A stretch of 64,000 nt of DNA from an uncultured Methanoregulaceae archaeon (GTDB lineage Archaea; Halobacteriota; Methanomicrobia; Methanomicrobiales; Methanospirillaceae), in assembly GCA_963717525.1 (NCBI GenBank), contig OY970343.1, positions 992,001-1,056,000 on the forward strand, given 5' to 3'. Shown piece by piece: positions 63,912 to 64,000 of this stretch. A program made the position numbers and the translations under genes. Positions within the stretch are counted from its first letter, which is position 1. Every line of letters starts with the position of its first letter. A model generated the notes under the pieces. The model was not told the DNA's origin, searched no databases, and saw only the letters and a list, made by a program, of their open reading frames with translations.

Positions 63912-64000
63912 ATGAATGAAGACGTCATTGTTGTCAGCACGCCGTACCTGCCGGGTCATAAGATCACAAAGACACTGGGGTTCACATGGGGCCTGATTGT
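63912..64000 (+). CDS. YbjQ/UPF0145 family protein (partial)
   Basis: MNEDVIVVSTPYLPGHKITKTLGFTWGLI. Confidence 0.75.
   Translation, partial: MNEDVIVVSTPYLPGHKITKTLGFTWGLI

Overview
Chromosomal segment of a methanogenic archaeon, most likely Methanomicrobiales (Methanoregula-like). This is inferred from ftr, DUF2769-type Cys proteins, Dph6, archaeal mre11-rad50 and TATA-type promoters. Bases ~3.3-15.3 kb form an accessory defence/TA island inserted upstream of mre11-rad50. It holds an AT-rich KTSC / OLD-nuclease / nitrilase-fold / unknown operon, a type II-like REase with a Dam MTase, a DEDDh exonuclease, MNT-HEPN and RelBE TA pairs, and a Cas4/AddB-like nuclease. Bases ~15.8-27 kb carry a kdp K+ pump with a KdpC-KdpA fusion and no kdpDE. 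Divergent from it is a signalling cluster: APC permease, PP2C phosphatase, NifI1/NifI2-like and GlnK PII proteins, and a membrane-anchored Hanks kinase. Both promoter regions share an operator-like motif, and the APC copy contains the NrpR consensus GGAA-N6-TTCC. A ~340-bp non-coding element occurs three times, each time next to defence/TA genes. The rest is housekeeping, transport and regulatory genes. About ten genes, including rad50, carry small indels, which points to sequencing or assembly error rather than true pseudogenes. No rRNA, tRNA, CRISPR array or transposase was recognised.
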